The notes: generated by a model from the sequence alone, not told the origin. A DNA stretch of 64,000 bases from the human T2T-CHM13v2.0 reference genome, Homo sapiens (GCF_009914755.1 NC_060939.1), one strand, 5' to 3'; positions 43,409 through 59,737 are shown, counted from the stretch's first letter. Program-made: numbers and translations.

Positions 43409-44443
43409 GATGGTGGCAGCCAAGATGGCCGAATAGGAACAGCTCCAATCTACAGGTCTGAGCGTGAGCAATGCAGAAGACGGGTGATTTCTGCATTTCT
43501 ATCTGAGGTACCGGGTTCATCTCACTAGGGAGTGCCAGACAATGGGCACAGGTCAGTGGGTGCAGTGCACCGTGCACGAGCCGAAGCAGGGTGAGGCATT
43601 GCCTCACTCGGGAAGCGCAAGGGGTCAGGAGTTCCCTTTCCTAGTCAAAAAAGGGGTGACAGACGGCACCTGGAAAATCAGGTCACTCCCACCCTAATAT
43701 GGCACTTTTCCGACGGGCTTAAAAAACGGCACACCAGGAGATTTTATCCCCCACATGGCTTGGAGGGTCCTACGCCCACGGAGTCTCGCTGATTGCTAGC
43801 ACAGCAGTCTGAGATCAAACTGCAAGGTGGCAGCGAGGCTGGGGGAGGGGCACCCACCATTGCCCAGGCTTGCTTAGGTAACCAAAGCAGCCAGGAAGCT
43901 CAAACTGGGTGGAGCCCACCACAGCTCAAGGAGGCCTGCCTGGCTCTGTAGGCTCCACCTCTGGGGGCAGGGCACAGACAAACTAAAAGACAGCAGTAAC
44001 CGCTACAGACTTAAATGTCCCTGTCTGACAGCTTTGAAGAGAGCAGTGGTTCTCCCAGCACGCAGCTGGAGATCTGAGAAAGGGCAGACTGCCTCCTCAA
44101 GTGGGTCCCACACCCCTGACCCCAGAGCAGCCTAACTGGGAGGCACCCCCCAATAGGAGCAGACTGACACCTCACATGGCCGGGTACTCCTCTGAGACAA
44201 AACTTCCAGAGGAACGATCAGACAGCAGCATTTGCAGTTCACAAAAATCCGCTGTTATGCACCCACCACTGCTGATACCCAGGCAAACAGGGCCTGGAGT
44301 GGACCTCTAGCCAACTCCAACAGACCTGCAGCTGAGGGTCCTGTCTGTTAGAAGGAAAACTAACAAACAGAAAGGACATCCACACCAAAAACCCATCTGT
44401 ACATCACCATCATCAAAGACCAGAAGTAGATAACACCACAAAG
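43409..44443 (+). promoter_or_regulatory. L1 5'UTR internal promoter (YY1 site AAGATGGCC at 43422-43430) and antisense promoter region
   Basis: Position and sequence homology to the L1PA 5'UTR; activity not shown. Confidence 0.7.
43744..43860 (-). pseudogene. L1 ORF0, truncated to 38 aa
   Basis: Hand translation MVGAPPPASLPPCSLISDCCASNQRDSVGVGPSKPCGG*; TAA in place of the Tyr codon. Confidence 0.8.
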
Positions 44444-45455
44444 ATGGGGAAAACACAGAGCAGAAAAACTGGAAACTCTAAAAAGCAGAGTGCCTCTCCT
44501 CCTGCAAAGGAACACAGTTCCTCACCAGCAATGGAACAAAGCTGGACGGAGAATGACTGTGACGAGTTGAGAGAAGAAGGCTTCAGACGATCAAACTACT
44601 CCGAGCTACAGGAGGTAATTCAAACCAAAGGCAAAGAAGTTAAAAACTTTGAAAAAAATTTAGAAGAATGTATAACTAGAATAACCAATACAGAGAAGTG
44701 CTTAAAGGAGCTGATGGAGCTGAAAGCTAAGGCTCAAGAACTACATGAAGACTGCAGAAGGCTCAGGAGCCGATGCCATCAACTGGAAGAAAGGGTATCA
44801 GTGATGGAAGTCTAAATGAATGAAATGAAGCGAGAAGGGAAGTTTAGAGAAAAAAGAATAAAAAGAAATGAACAAAGCCTCCAAGAAATATGGGACTATG
44901 TGAAAAGACCAAATCTACGTCTGATTGGTGTACCTGAAAGTGACGGGGAGAATGGAACCAAGTTGGAAAACACTCTGCAGGATATTAACCAGGAGAACTT
45001 CCCCAATCTAGCAAGGCAGGCCAACATTCAGATTCAGGAAATACAGAGAACACTACAAAGATACTCCTCAGGAAGAGCAACTCCAAGACACATAATTGTC
45101 AGATTCACCAGAGTTGAAATGAAGGAAAAAATGTTAAGGGCATCCAGAGAGAAAGGTCGGGTTACCCACAAAGGGAAGCCCATCAGACTAACAGCGGATC
45201 TCTTGGCAGAAACTCTACAAGCCAGAGGAGACTAGGGGCCAATATTCAACATTCTTAAAGAATTTTGAGCCCAGAATTTCATATCCAGCCAAACTAAGCT
45301 TCATAAGTGAAGGAGAAATAAAATACTTCACAGACAAGCAAATGCTGAGAGATTTTGTCACCACCAGGCCTGCCCTAAAAGAGCTCCTGAAGGGAGAACT
45401 AAACGTGGAATGGAACAACCGGTACCAGCTACTGCAAAATCATGCCAAATTGTAA
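44444..45455 (+). pseudogene. L1PA3 ORF1, disrupted
   Basis: MGKTQSRKTGNSK...; stops at 44813-44815 and 45233-45235 plus a small deletion near 45260. Confidence 0.92.
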
Positions 45456-45503
45456 AGACCATCGAGCCTACGAAGAAACTGCATCAACTAATGAGCAAAA
45501 TAA

Positions 45504-49341
<3,838 letters not shown>

Positions 49342-49591
49342 GCGATGAGAGCACATGGACACAGGAAGGGGAACATCGCACTCTGGGGACTGTTGTGGGG
49401 TTGGGGGAGGGGGGAGGGATAGCCTTAGGAGATATACCTAATGCTAAATGACGAGTTAATGGGTGCAGCACACCAGCATGGCACATGTATACATATGTAA
49501 CTAACCTGCACATTGTGCACATGTACCCTAAAACTTAAGGTATAATAATAATAAAATAAATAAATAAATAAATAAATAAATTATTGAACAG

Positions 49592-50390
49592 ATAAAAGTT
49601 GGGGAGAAGATACCATGATTCATTACAGAAGAATTCCAGTTAGAAGGAATGGTGGAATTATAAAATCACCATCAGGCAAACACAGTAATAGTTATTGCAG
49701 GCAAGGGCCACCAATTGGAGGACAAAACTGAGATGAGAAACAGTACCTTCACATAATCAACAAGAATTTTCCCATAAGAACGTGTTAACTACATAGGATA
49801 AATCAGCAACTTCACAATGAAGAAACCTGGCAGTCACCTTCTTGACCAGGTGATCAAAGTTGACGTCACAGCAGTGGGACTTATCAATGTCACAGACCCT
49901 ATGAAATGACCCACAGAGATGGAGGAGGTAGTCATATCATTTTTGTGGTATTTTTGCCAAAAATGCATGTCCTTGATGTAATCATGAGAAGGTATCAGAA
50001 AACCCAAATTGGGTAACAGTCTCCAAAATGATCAGCATTCCTCAAGTGAATCAAGGCTATGAAACACACCCACACAAAAAAATAAAAACGACAAGACTGA
50101 GAATGTGTGTATGGAGTCTCAAGACTAAGGAGACCTGATAACTACATGTAATATGGAATTTTAGATTGGTTCTTGAACAAATCCATGGCATTGGTAAGAA
50201 AATCAGTAAAATGTGAAGAAGGTCTATATATTAGTTAACAGTATTACATGAATATTAATATGCTGGTTTCAATGATTATACTTCATGTAAGATGTTAACA
50301 TAGGGAAAGATATTTTAAAGGTTATAGGAACTCAGAATAGTTGTAACTTTACTTCGGTTTACAATTAGTTTAAAATAAAAAGATTTTTAA
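49592..50390 (+). mobile_element. Old L1MC/L1MD-like 3'UTR, right part
   Basis: GAAGAAACCTGGCAG...CCAGGTGATCAAAGTTGAC...ATCAGAAAACCCAAATTG...GTAAGATGTTAACATAGGG. Confidence 0.6.
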
Positions 50391-51771
50391 AATAGAGGCA
50401 AGAAATGTAACATAAAATGAAATTTTCTTCTGCCAAATTTTCTACTAAAATACTGCCAAATGGGGTCAAATTTAATAATTTTCTAACAGATATTTCTGGG
50501 CATTGACTATTTACCAGGCACTATCTGATGAGAGGAATACAGTGATGAACAAGACAGAAAATCCAAGTCTACAGTCAGTAAACAATCATATTTTAAAGGG
50601 GTTCAGGGGAGACAAAAGAAAGAAATACATACATAAATTTAAAAATATGAGCTAAGAACAATGGACTGCAATGCAGGCAAATGGAAGAGCGAATGCAGTG
50701 CCTCTGAGGTAGGAGTATGTTTCAGGATACCTGCATTTTTCTTACTTCACCATTTTCCCATGGGAAAATTAACTTGCACCATCCTCAAATAATTCTGTTC
50801 CTACCAGGTAAATGCGCCAGCATTTAATGGCTTTCATAAATCTTTGTCAAGCAACCACCTGTCAACAATTCCCATGTCAACCGTAACTGCAAAACCCTGG
50901 TCTGATCCCACAGCATCTTGTGATATGAGGATTGTGCTAACTTGGTACTATCAATGTTCACAGCCCTGTGATCTTTTCCCAAGAGATTTTGAAGAATCTA
51001 CTGACATCTTATCTAAGAATGTAGCATCCGAGTACATCTATGCAATTCAGAGAGGCTGTTTCTCCAAAATGTTGAGAACTCTCTCACAACCCTACATAAT
51101 AGAAAGATTCTGCTCTTTGCATCTAGAACGGAAAAAGTATGAAATCAGTAAATCATGTAGTCTTTCACTGTAAATAAATAAACTTTATGTGTGCTGTACT
51201 GGCACAGCAATGCTGTGAGCAAAAACTGATACTCTAGAAACAACATAATATAGCTGTTCCTAGGCCACAAATTTATTTGCACAAATAAAGTGATATAAAC
51301 AACTACAAGCCAGATTTCCTACCATTGCGCTTATGTGGTTATGAAAAATATCCATGTTCCAAAAATCTCCCCCTTCCTGGTTCCCAATATTTCAGGAAGT
51401 GCCTCAGGGTGTTTAACATACAAAAGCCAATCTATCAGCAACAGTCACCCTAAAACAGCAGCCATGACTTTTCTGCTCCCTTACAGTGGATGTCCTCTGC
51501 TCAGTAAGCTCCATGACAGTGGCTCAGGCTTCTGCTGTTGATCATCCCAAACCTCAGAGAATGCCATTATCTCTGCAAGGGTGCTGCCCGCTCCATGTCT
51601 GGAATAGTTCTCCTTTCTGGGATCAACAAGTAAAAAAAAAAAAAAAATGCCTGTGGGGCTGATTCTTTTGGTCCCCTCTATTCCTATCCTCTCTAAAAGC
51701 TGAGAAACACAGTATCTTTTCACATGCTGTATAAAGAAAAATACATAAACATCTCCTCCCTATTCCTTTAA

Positions 51772-52180
<409 letters not shown>

Positions 52181-52321
52181 GACTCATTTATAAAAGCACC
52201 TTGTAAACTACAAAGCATGCTACAAATATTAACTGTTAGGATTTGATTGATTCCTTTTGTATTTTTTCTAATTTGGTCATGAGGTTTTTTTCAAGAAAGT
52301 AACTACTAACTATCCCTTCCC

Positions 52322-53136
52322 TGATGGAGAGTCACGGATTTGGTGATGGTGATTACAGTGGGTCTTTCACAGGATACTTCTTTATCATGGCAGATGGCCT
52401 AATACCTAAGTGTCTGACCAGTGTTCAATTGTCCTTCTCACAGAAAAATCATTTCTACTGGCAGACACCCTTGTGGCTCTAGTCTGACCTGTGTCCGGTT
52501 TACCTCTACTAAGACAGCCACTCTCTAGGAGAGCCCCAAGCAGGAAAGAAGTTAGGTTCAGATGTGGTAGTCCCGTGAAACACAGAGGAGGCAACTCAAC
52601 AAGACACATGAAGTAAGAAAAGCAATGTATTACTTATAGATCACGGAGAAGGCCCCATGCTACATAGGACCAACAAGAAGTAGGAAGCCATCTGGGGCAT
52701 GGACACTCAATGAGTACGTGGGGAGGAAGAGAGAGAAGGACCTACATGCCAAAGCCATTACAGGGGTCCAGAGCATTACCCAAGCAGGCTTCTAGCAGGC
52801 AGTTGTGATTAGTGACTTTAGAGCAGGCTGACACAAGTTCTCTTGAGTCACACTGTGAAGGAGAGGTGGTCACCGAAGCATATCTGTGCAGTCTGTGCAG
52901 GTTATGGGGTCAGCAGAGTAAGTCAAATAGGTTGAATCTAGCTGTCCCATAAAGGAGTGGCCACCCAGAGGTGACTGTATAAGACAGATATCTGGATCAA
53001 CTATATTAGGGAACTGGAGAAGGCAGAAATGGGAAACCAAGTCAAGGTTGACTAAGGTCTGCTTCTGAAATGAGAAATTTAAATCTATATTCACAATAAA
53101 TGCAAAGACAACATAAAATTATAAGAATTTACTACA
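52322..53136 (-). mobile_element. ERVL solo LTR (MER54/MER74 group)
   Basis: Minus strand starts TGTAGTAAATTCTTATAATTTTATGTTG and ends ...CA; subfamily assigned from memory. Confidence 0.6.
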
Positions 53137-53716
53137 ATTATTTCTCAAAGTTTAGAAGAATTGGTGCTCTGGGTTCCATTTCCTGTATTATTTTTCAATA
53201 GCTAAAGTTATTTTTTCCCAAGCAGAAGGAAAGTTATTTTTATTTAAAAAAAAAAAAATTATGCCTGATGCAACGGGAGTGTTGTCTTTGTTTTCAAGGA
53301 GGCTTGGTGCATTTTCGTGGATACTGGCGTAGGCAATAGCAATGATACATATTTTTAAAAGTAAACCAAAGTTATGTGTTGAGTGGGCAGGATACGTAAT
53401 AGAGTGGATTATATTCACGTGTTCTCCCACTTCACTTTGGACAAATCTCTATTAATATAATAGTAATCATATTATATGATTACTCTTACCTGCTTACATG
53501 ACTAACCCTATAGAGCTGGGCTATACTCTTCTTTGTATCCCTACATCTAGGCAAAGTTCCAAACATATGCTATCTACTCAATAGGTAGTTGATAGATAAG
53601 AGGAAAAAATATTTTAAGTTAAAAAATAAAGTTGGTCTAGATCATACACCTTAAATCAGTAGGTCATAGACAAGATCTTGACCTCACTTGAAACACATTT
53701 ACCAATTAGAAAAGCT

Positions 53717-54031
53717 GGCTGGGTGCCGTGGCTCATGCCTGTAATCCTAGCACTTTGGGAGGCCAAGGTAGGCAGATTGCTTGAGCCCAGGAGTTCGAGA
53801 CCAGCCTGGGGAACATGGTGAAACCCTATCTCTACAAAACAAAATACAAAAATTAGCTGGGCATTGACTTGCATGTCTATAGTCCCAGCTACTAGGGAGG
53901 CTGAGGTGGGAGGATCACCTAAGCCCCGGAGGTCAATGTTGCAGTGAGCCGTGATCACGTCACTGCACTCCAGCCTGGGCAAAAGAAGGAGACCTTGTAA
54001 CAACAAAAGGAGGGAGGGAGGGAGGCAAACA
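53717..54031 (+). mobile_element. AluJb-like with (GGAG)n tail
   Basis: GATTGCTTGAGCCCAGG and GGGAGGATCACC diagnostics; TSD AATTAGAAAAGCT / AATTAGAATAGCT. Confidence 0.9.
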
Positions 54032-55569
54032 AATTAGAATAGCTTATCTCCAATATTTTTCAGCTTTTCTTCAAACACCAGCAACACTGCTTTCACATTC
54101 CCAACATGGCATCAGTCAGCTGGAGGTAAATTGCAGCTACCCCCATTGGTATATCACAGCTCATCACTAGCTCACTTTACTCACTACCATAATCCAGTGG
54201 ACCTGACATTTGATTTTATGAATCCTTGACCAGACGATCTATATGGTTACTTCTATTATATGTTTTATTAACCCCTATCTTCTTGCACATACCCTGGGCT
54301 TCTCCAGAAGACAACTGCTCTGTCTTCCTTTTGAAATCCCACATTGTTCAGTGTGACTATACCCACAGCAGCTGAGTCCTGCCGCACAAAGCACACTATG
54401 CGCACAAGTAGAAAGTGTGATTCATTTCTGTCCATTCTGGAATCTGAATCATTTTGTAAAATAAAAAATCAGGGATCTATAGACTTTATGTAGAAATTGA
54501 TGCCTTGTTACTCCTTGTCTTTCCAAAAGAGGGAAAAACAATATCTTATGTAAGATCTTCTTGGAAAGAATCTGATACTTAAGCAGCTAGCTACTTAGAA
54601 AAAATATAAAAAATAGTTAAGGTACTTAAATAAGAATTATGTCTATAACTTACTTTAGAATTTATGCTTTTCAGAGAGCTTTCACATCCATTACCTCATT
54701 TATTCTTTACAGCAACGTGTTCCTAACTAGACAAAATGAACGTAAAACTCTCCTCACTACAATAATACCTAATACTCAATGCACTAAATGAATGATTAAA
54801 GTCAGATGAACACCCCAAATAGGCTAAGAGACTAATTGTTCTACATCTCTAAGAGACCTCAGGTACTATCTAGTTTTTAAGAACAGAAAACAGGTGCCAT
54901 GAAAGCCTCCAATTTGCCCAAGGTCACACATATAGCTACCAACACAGGAAAGAGAAGAAGTCAGTTTTGTCTTAACTTGGTGTTTCTATAAAGCCAAAGT
55001 GTTCTTCATCCCATTACACAAGGTTAAATTTGCAGGACAGTCTTATTGGTTAGATTTTTTAACTACATGGAAGGTTGATGGAGGTGTCTGAACGTTCCCA
55101 TATTATGAAGAACAAATCTAAATTTCCCTCAAAGATAAAAAATACATTAAAATTCTCACTTATAAGTAGGCATGTCAATCAGCCTGTCACAGAAGACAGC
55201 CAGACTGAATCAGAGAAAAGGTCCCAGCTTTGGGGAGAAAATACAAATGATACACTTTAAATGTTCTCACCGTCTCTAGCCTCAAAACTCACCTGGCACA
55301 GACAGGTGAGCTCTCAAAAAAAATATCCTCCTAACCAGTTGATGGATTTTTATTAAGGTTTTTCTCTAATGGCATTTTTGAGGCTTGAAGATAAATTAAT
55401 AGCTCATTTCTCATTCAACACATTCACAAAAAAATTCCAAATATCAGGAAATATATTGGTCAAAAAAAGTGGTTATATATTGTATATGTATTTGGATAGT
55501 GTGGAACCCAGGTTACATGTTTAATTTAAAATCACAGTTTCTCAAGGCTTCAGAGGGAATGATTATGAA

Positions 55570-55890
55570 AAATATGGACCTAGAGTGGCTTTATCACTAA
55601 CTCACTGTATGAACTTGAATTTACATCTGTTTTCTTACTTGTGAAATGAGTTCACAAGTGCCTTGCCCAGTGTTATTGTGAGAATCCAACTCGATTTTCC
55701 TCATCTGATTCTCATGCATTTACATTGCTATTACGATCAGGAAAGTTGATGGCAAGCCTGATCTTGACCGCAAGGATATGTTACTTCCCTCTCCGGGACC
55801 CTGTTCTCTTATCAATAAATTAAGGGACGGTAGAGGGGAGGGGTGGACTAGGATGTTCTCCCTGGAGTTCCTCACAGCACTGATATTCTA
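55570..55890 (+). mobile_element. Two MIR-like remnants
   Basis: CACTAACTCACTGTATGAACTTG...GTTATTGTGAGAAT; GTTACTTCCCTCTCCGGGACCCTGTTCTCTTATC. Confidence 0.45.
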
Positions 55891-57170
55891 TGGGCTACAA
55901 ATCAGTATGACATGCTAAGAATAAGACATCAAAACTACTGAGGACACAGACAGAAACAAAAGCATGCTAGACAATGAGCTACAGCTCTTACCAGCTGTGC
56001 AAGTGTCAAAGACAGCAAGACCAACTTTACAGAATAATTCTCAGAGGCTTTGGAAGAGACTGCTAACAAAAGACTTCATGGCAGTCCCCCCATCCATAAG
56101 AATCTACAGTGGAGAAGGCATGTCCCCTCCAGGACAGCTCTTAGTACAAAAGTATATTCCAAAGAAGACAGAAGAGTGTGGATGAGTAGAATCATGAAGG
56201 GGAAGTACTGGAGATGAAACAGGGAAGTGAAATATACTAGGATGTCCAAGTGGAGCCAAACATGACTTGCATTTTTGTGTAACTAGTGAAACCTTAAAAA
56301 CCTCCCTGGAATCTCTCTGTATGAGACAGTATTATTAAATTCTCTGTGTGGGTTTGTTTTCTAACTTGGAAAATCTGGATGAGAGTGGGAAATGAGGATA
56401 GACCAGGAAAAGAAATTGCTCTCCATTTAGGCCTTAGCACTGGTTTCAAACATCAAAGGGGAGCTGGTTTAGGACTAAAGTAAGAAAGACTATGTGAGCT
56501 GCTGACAGTAGCTGGGATGTTGCTCAGGAACAAGACCACGCAATGCAACAGAACAGAAAACAGTTATCTTGATGGAGATTCCCCTCAATAGCTCTTAGAA
56601 CACAGGGGAAAAAGCACTCTGTGCATAAACAATGTTTGTACTTATGTTTGTGCAATGTTGTCCTTATGTTCCAGTTCAGGCAATACTGAAATCCCTTTAA
56701 GTGGATTTCAGGGTAGCAGATGTCAACATGATGCTAAAACAGGAACACAAAGAAGGTCCTCCATAGGATTACACATGACAGGCTGTTTTCAGAGGAATTC
56801 CCAGAAGTCCTAAGAAGACCTGGAAGAGACTGAAAGTCTCACATGATCAGATGGATAACTGACACTAACAGGTCATTTATAATATTAGGCTTTACAAGAG
56901 TTGGTTCTTCTTTCCATTTCTGATTTATTGATGTAGTTTGTTTGGGGACAACCACACAATGATGATGCCTCCAAGGTGTCTAGTGTGGTATCATGGGATG
57001 GAGCTTGCAACTAATTATAAGCCCCCAGATTCCTCCTATTATCTGACCTATAACTGGCACTACAATTCATCTCCTAACTCTAGAGTTATACTAACTCCTT
57101 TCTTACCACCTACATGCAGTTATCAAATTTAGTTATTTTATTTGTTTTATTTTTAACTTATGGACACATA

Positions 57171-57171
<1 letters not shown>

Positions 57172-57203
<32 letters not shown>

Positions 57204-57208
57204 TGTGT
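57172..57208. repeat. (TG)n microsatellite
   Basis: About 15 TG units plus an imperfect extension. Confidence 0.95.
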
Positions 57209-57889
57209 ATGGTGTACATGAGGCATTTTGATACAGGCATATAATGGATAATAATCACATCAAGATAAATGGGATATCCATCACCTCAAGCACTTATCTT
57301 TTGTGTTACAAACAATCCACTTATACTCTTTTAGTTATTTTTAAGTGTGCAATGGAATTATTAGTGAGCTATATAGTAGAACTATCAAATACTACATCTT
57401 ATTAATTCTTTCTAACAATTTTCTGTGCTCACTAACCATTCTCACTTCCCCCTGCCACCCCCTACCGCCACTACTCTTCTCAGCCTCTGGTAACCATCAT
57501 TCTACTCTCTGTCTCCATGAGTTCAATTGTTTTAATTTTTAGCTCCCACAAGTAAGTCAAAACATGCAAAGTTTGTCTTTTCTATTTCTGTGAAGAATGC
57601 CATTGGGTTTTTGTAATAGGAATTGCAATAAACATGTAGACTTCTTTGGATAGTATAGTCATTTTAACAATATTGATTCTCCAAACTCATGAACATAGAG
57701 TATCTTTCCATTTATTAGTGAATTCTTCAAATTTTTTTATTAGTGTTGTATAGTTTTTATTGTAGAGATGTTTCACTTTTTTGGTTAATTCCTAGGTATT
57801 TAATTTTATTTTTAGCTATTGTAAATGGGATTACTTTTTAAATTTCTTTCTCAGATTATTTGCATTGGCATATAAAAATGCTACTGATT

Positions 57890-58243
57890 GCCATAACAAA
57901 GGATGAGTTCATGTCCTTTGTAGGGACATGGATGAAGCTGGAAACCATCATTCTCAGCAAACTATCGCAAGGACAAAAAACCAAACACCACATGTTCTCA
58001 CTCATAGGTGGGAATTGAACAATGAGATCACTTGGACACAGGAAGGGGAACATCACACACCGGGGCCTGTTGTGAGGTCGGGGGAGGGGGAAGGGATAGC
58101 ATTAGGAGATATACCTAATGTAAATGACGAGTTAATGGGTGCAGCACACCAACATGGCACATATATACATATGTAACAAACCTGCACATTGTGCACATGT
58201 ACCCTTGAACTTAAAGTATAATTTAAAAAAATTAGATTCCAAA
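57890..58243 (+). mobile_element. 5'-truncated L1PA5-like 3' fragment
   Basis: GTAAATGACGAGTTAATGGG...CACCAACATGG 3'UTR; TSD AAAAATGCTACTGATT (57874-57889) / AAAAATGTTATTGATT (58244-58259). Confidence 0.9.
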
Positions 58244-58529
58244 AAAAATGTTATTGATTTTTGTATGATTGTGTATGCTGCAACTTTACTGAATTTGTCA
58301 GTTCTAACAGGTTTTTGGTGAAGTCTTTAGGTTCTTCCAAATATAAGATCATATCACCTATAAACAGAGGTAATTTGACGTCTTCTGAATTTTGGATGCC
58401 CTTTCTTTCTCATCCGATTTCTCTAGTTAGGACTTCCAGTACTATGTTGATTAACAATGTCCAAAGTGGGCATCCTTGTGGTGTTCTATATTATAGAGGA
58501 AAGGCTTTCAGTTTTTCTCCATTCAGTAC

Positions 58530-59002
58530 TGTGGGAGATTGATCAGAGTGGTGGGAGAAATTATAGGAATAGAAGCAAACCTTCTTGGAAGGCCAGGGGG
58601 TTTTGCAAAATCTTTGAAAGATAACTTGGCTGAAGGCAGCCAGATTCTCTTTTCAGGAGCCTGACAGCTTAGGGTGTAGATACAAAGAAATGTAGAGGAG
58701 TTTACCTAAATAGCTTGTTTACTCATATTGTCCTAAAACTGACCTTTGATCATTCGCGTGCAGAACTGCTCTCTACTTGGAGGGTCAGCAATATTATTTA
58801 CCTACAAAGAGTGTTGACTCAAGCCTTTGTCATTAAATCTGTACTAAATAAATGCCCATAGCACCAGCTAGTCAGGGCCGTGGCTGCTACAACTCTTCCT
58901 GTGAACGGCCTGGTCCCCTAGCCCACCCTTTCACTGGATACCTGTGCCTGAGTACATTCTGCCATCCGTCGTTCAGCCAGGGTCTGCGGGTCGGACCCGG
59001 TA
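58530..59002 (+). repeat. 5' LTR (LTR22 family), 473 bp
   Basis: TGTGGGAGATTGATCAGAGTGGTGGGAGAAATTATAGG...GCAAACCTTCTTGGAAGGCC; AATAAA 58847-58852; ends GGACCCGGTA. Confidence 0.9.
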
Positions 59003-59004
59003 GG

Positions 59005-59022
59005 TGGTGCCCCATGAGAGGA
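59005..59022 (+). promoter_or_regulatory. Primer-binding site complementary to tRNA-Met
   Basis: TGGTGCCCCATGAGAGGA is 16/18 identical to TGGTGCCCCGTGTGAGGA, the reverse complement of the tRNA-Met(CAT) 3' end as recalled. Confidence 0.8.
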
Positions 59023-59154
59023 ATGCTGCAACAAATTGTGATGGAACCCTCAAAAACAAAGGTGAAGAAGACTGTGCAGTCAGTAATCAGCAAATCATTG
59101 GTGCCCACTCGGGATTTCCAAGTTCGAGGGAATTGTTCAGGCTAGGGTTTCATC

Positions 59155-59737
59155 ATGGGACAATAGTTATCAGCTCAACAGAAACACTATTTAAAAGTAT
59201 TGAAACAGCTGCTAAAGCTAGTGGAGCCTCGCTTTCACAGTCTCAATTAAAGGACCTAATCCAAACTTTTGTATCCCATAACCCATAGCTCCCTGAAGAA
59301 GGTATGCTAGACATACAGCTCTGGGAACAAGTGAGGAGAAATCTTAAACAACATCACATGCAAGGGCAATGGGTCCCAGTAACATCTTTAATGTTATGGA
59401 CTTAAATTAGGGCAGTTTTGGTCCTATTATACACAGAAGAGCCTAAGAAGGGGAGGGAGGAAGAACCTACCTTACTGCCTCCTTAACCCTCAGCCCTGCT
59501 ATCACCAGGCCAAAATCACAAAGAGGAGATGGAGGTTTTGCCTGAGCCCCCTCGTCTAGTAAATTAGAAAAAAGACATGGGATAGGCTACAGCTATGGGA
59601 CCCTGTCTTAGGCAAGTGGCATTAGAAGGGGAGCTCTTCGTCTGCCCAGTTATGCTAGATCAATAAGGCAAACAGATAAAAAGGGGCATTAGAGAAGATG
59701 AAGCCACTAGCCCATTTACAAGAGGGTTAATTGAGGT
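59155..59737 (+). pseudogene. gag: gag remnant (matrix to start of capsid)
   Basis: MGQ*LSAQQKHYLKVLKQLLKASGA...SHNP*LPEEGMLDIQLWEQV betaretroviral MA pattern with stops; right boundary approximate. Confidence 0.8.

Larger units (their letters stand above)
57140..58529 (-). mobile_element. L1MA1-3-like element (3' end and ORF2), antisense; host of the L1PA5 fragment and the HERV
   Basis: TTTTGATACAGGCAT...ATCCATCACCTCAAGCA...GTTACAAACAATCCA 3'UTR; ORF2-antisense sequence from ~57580. Confidence 0.85.

Noticed and set aside
43398-43607. 69-aa antisense ORF in the L1 5'UTR taken as ORF0
   Set aside because: ORF0 maps further in (43860-43744). This is a generic antisense reading of the L1 5' end.
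50844-51173. 109-aa plus-strand ORF as a gene
   Set aside because: Non-ATG start (TTG), no recognisable domain, and the splice signals here point to the opposite strand.
55964-56185. 73-aa ATG-initiated ORF in unique-looking sequence
   Set aside because: No recognisable homology, promoter or splice context; the length is within chance expectation.
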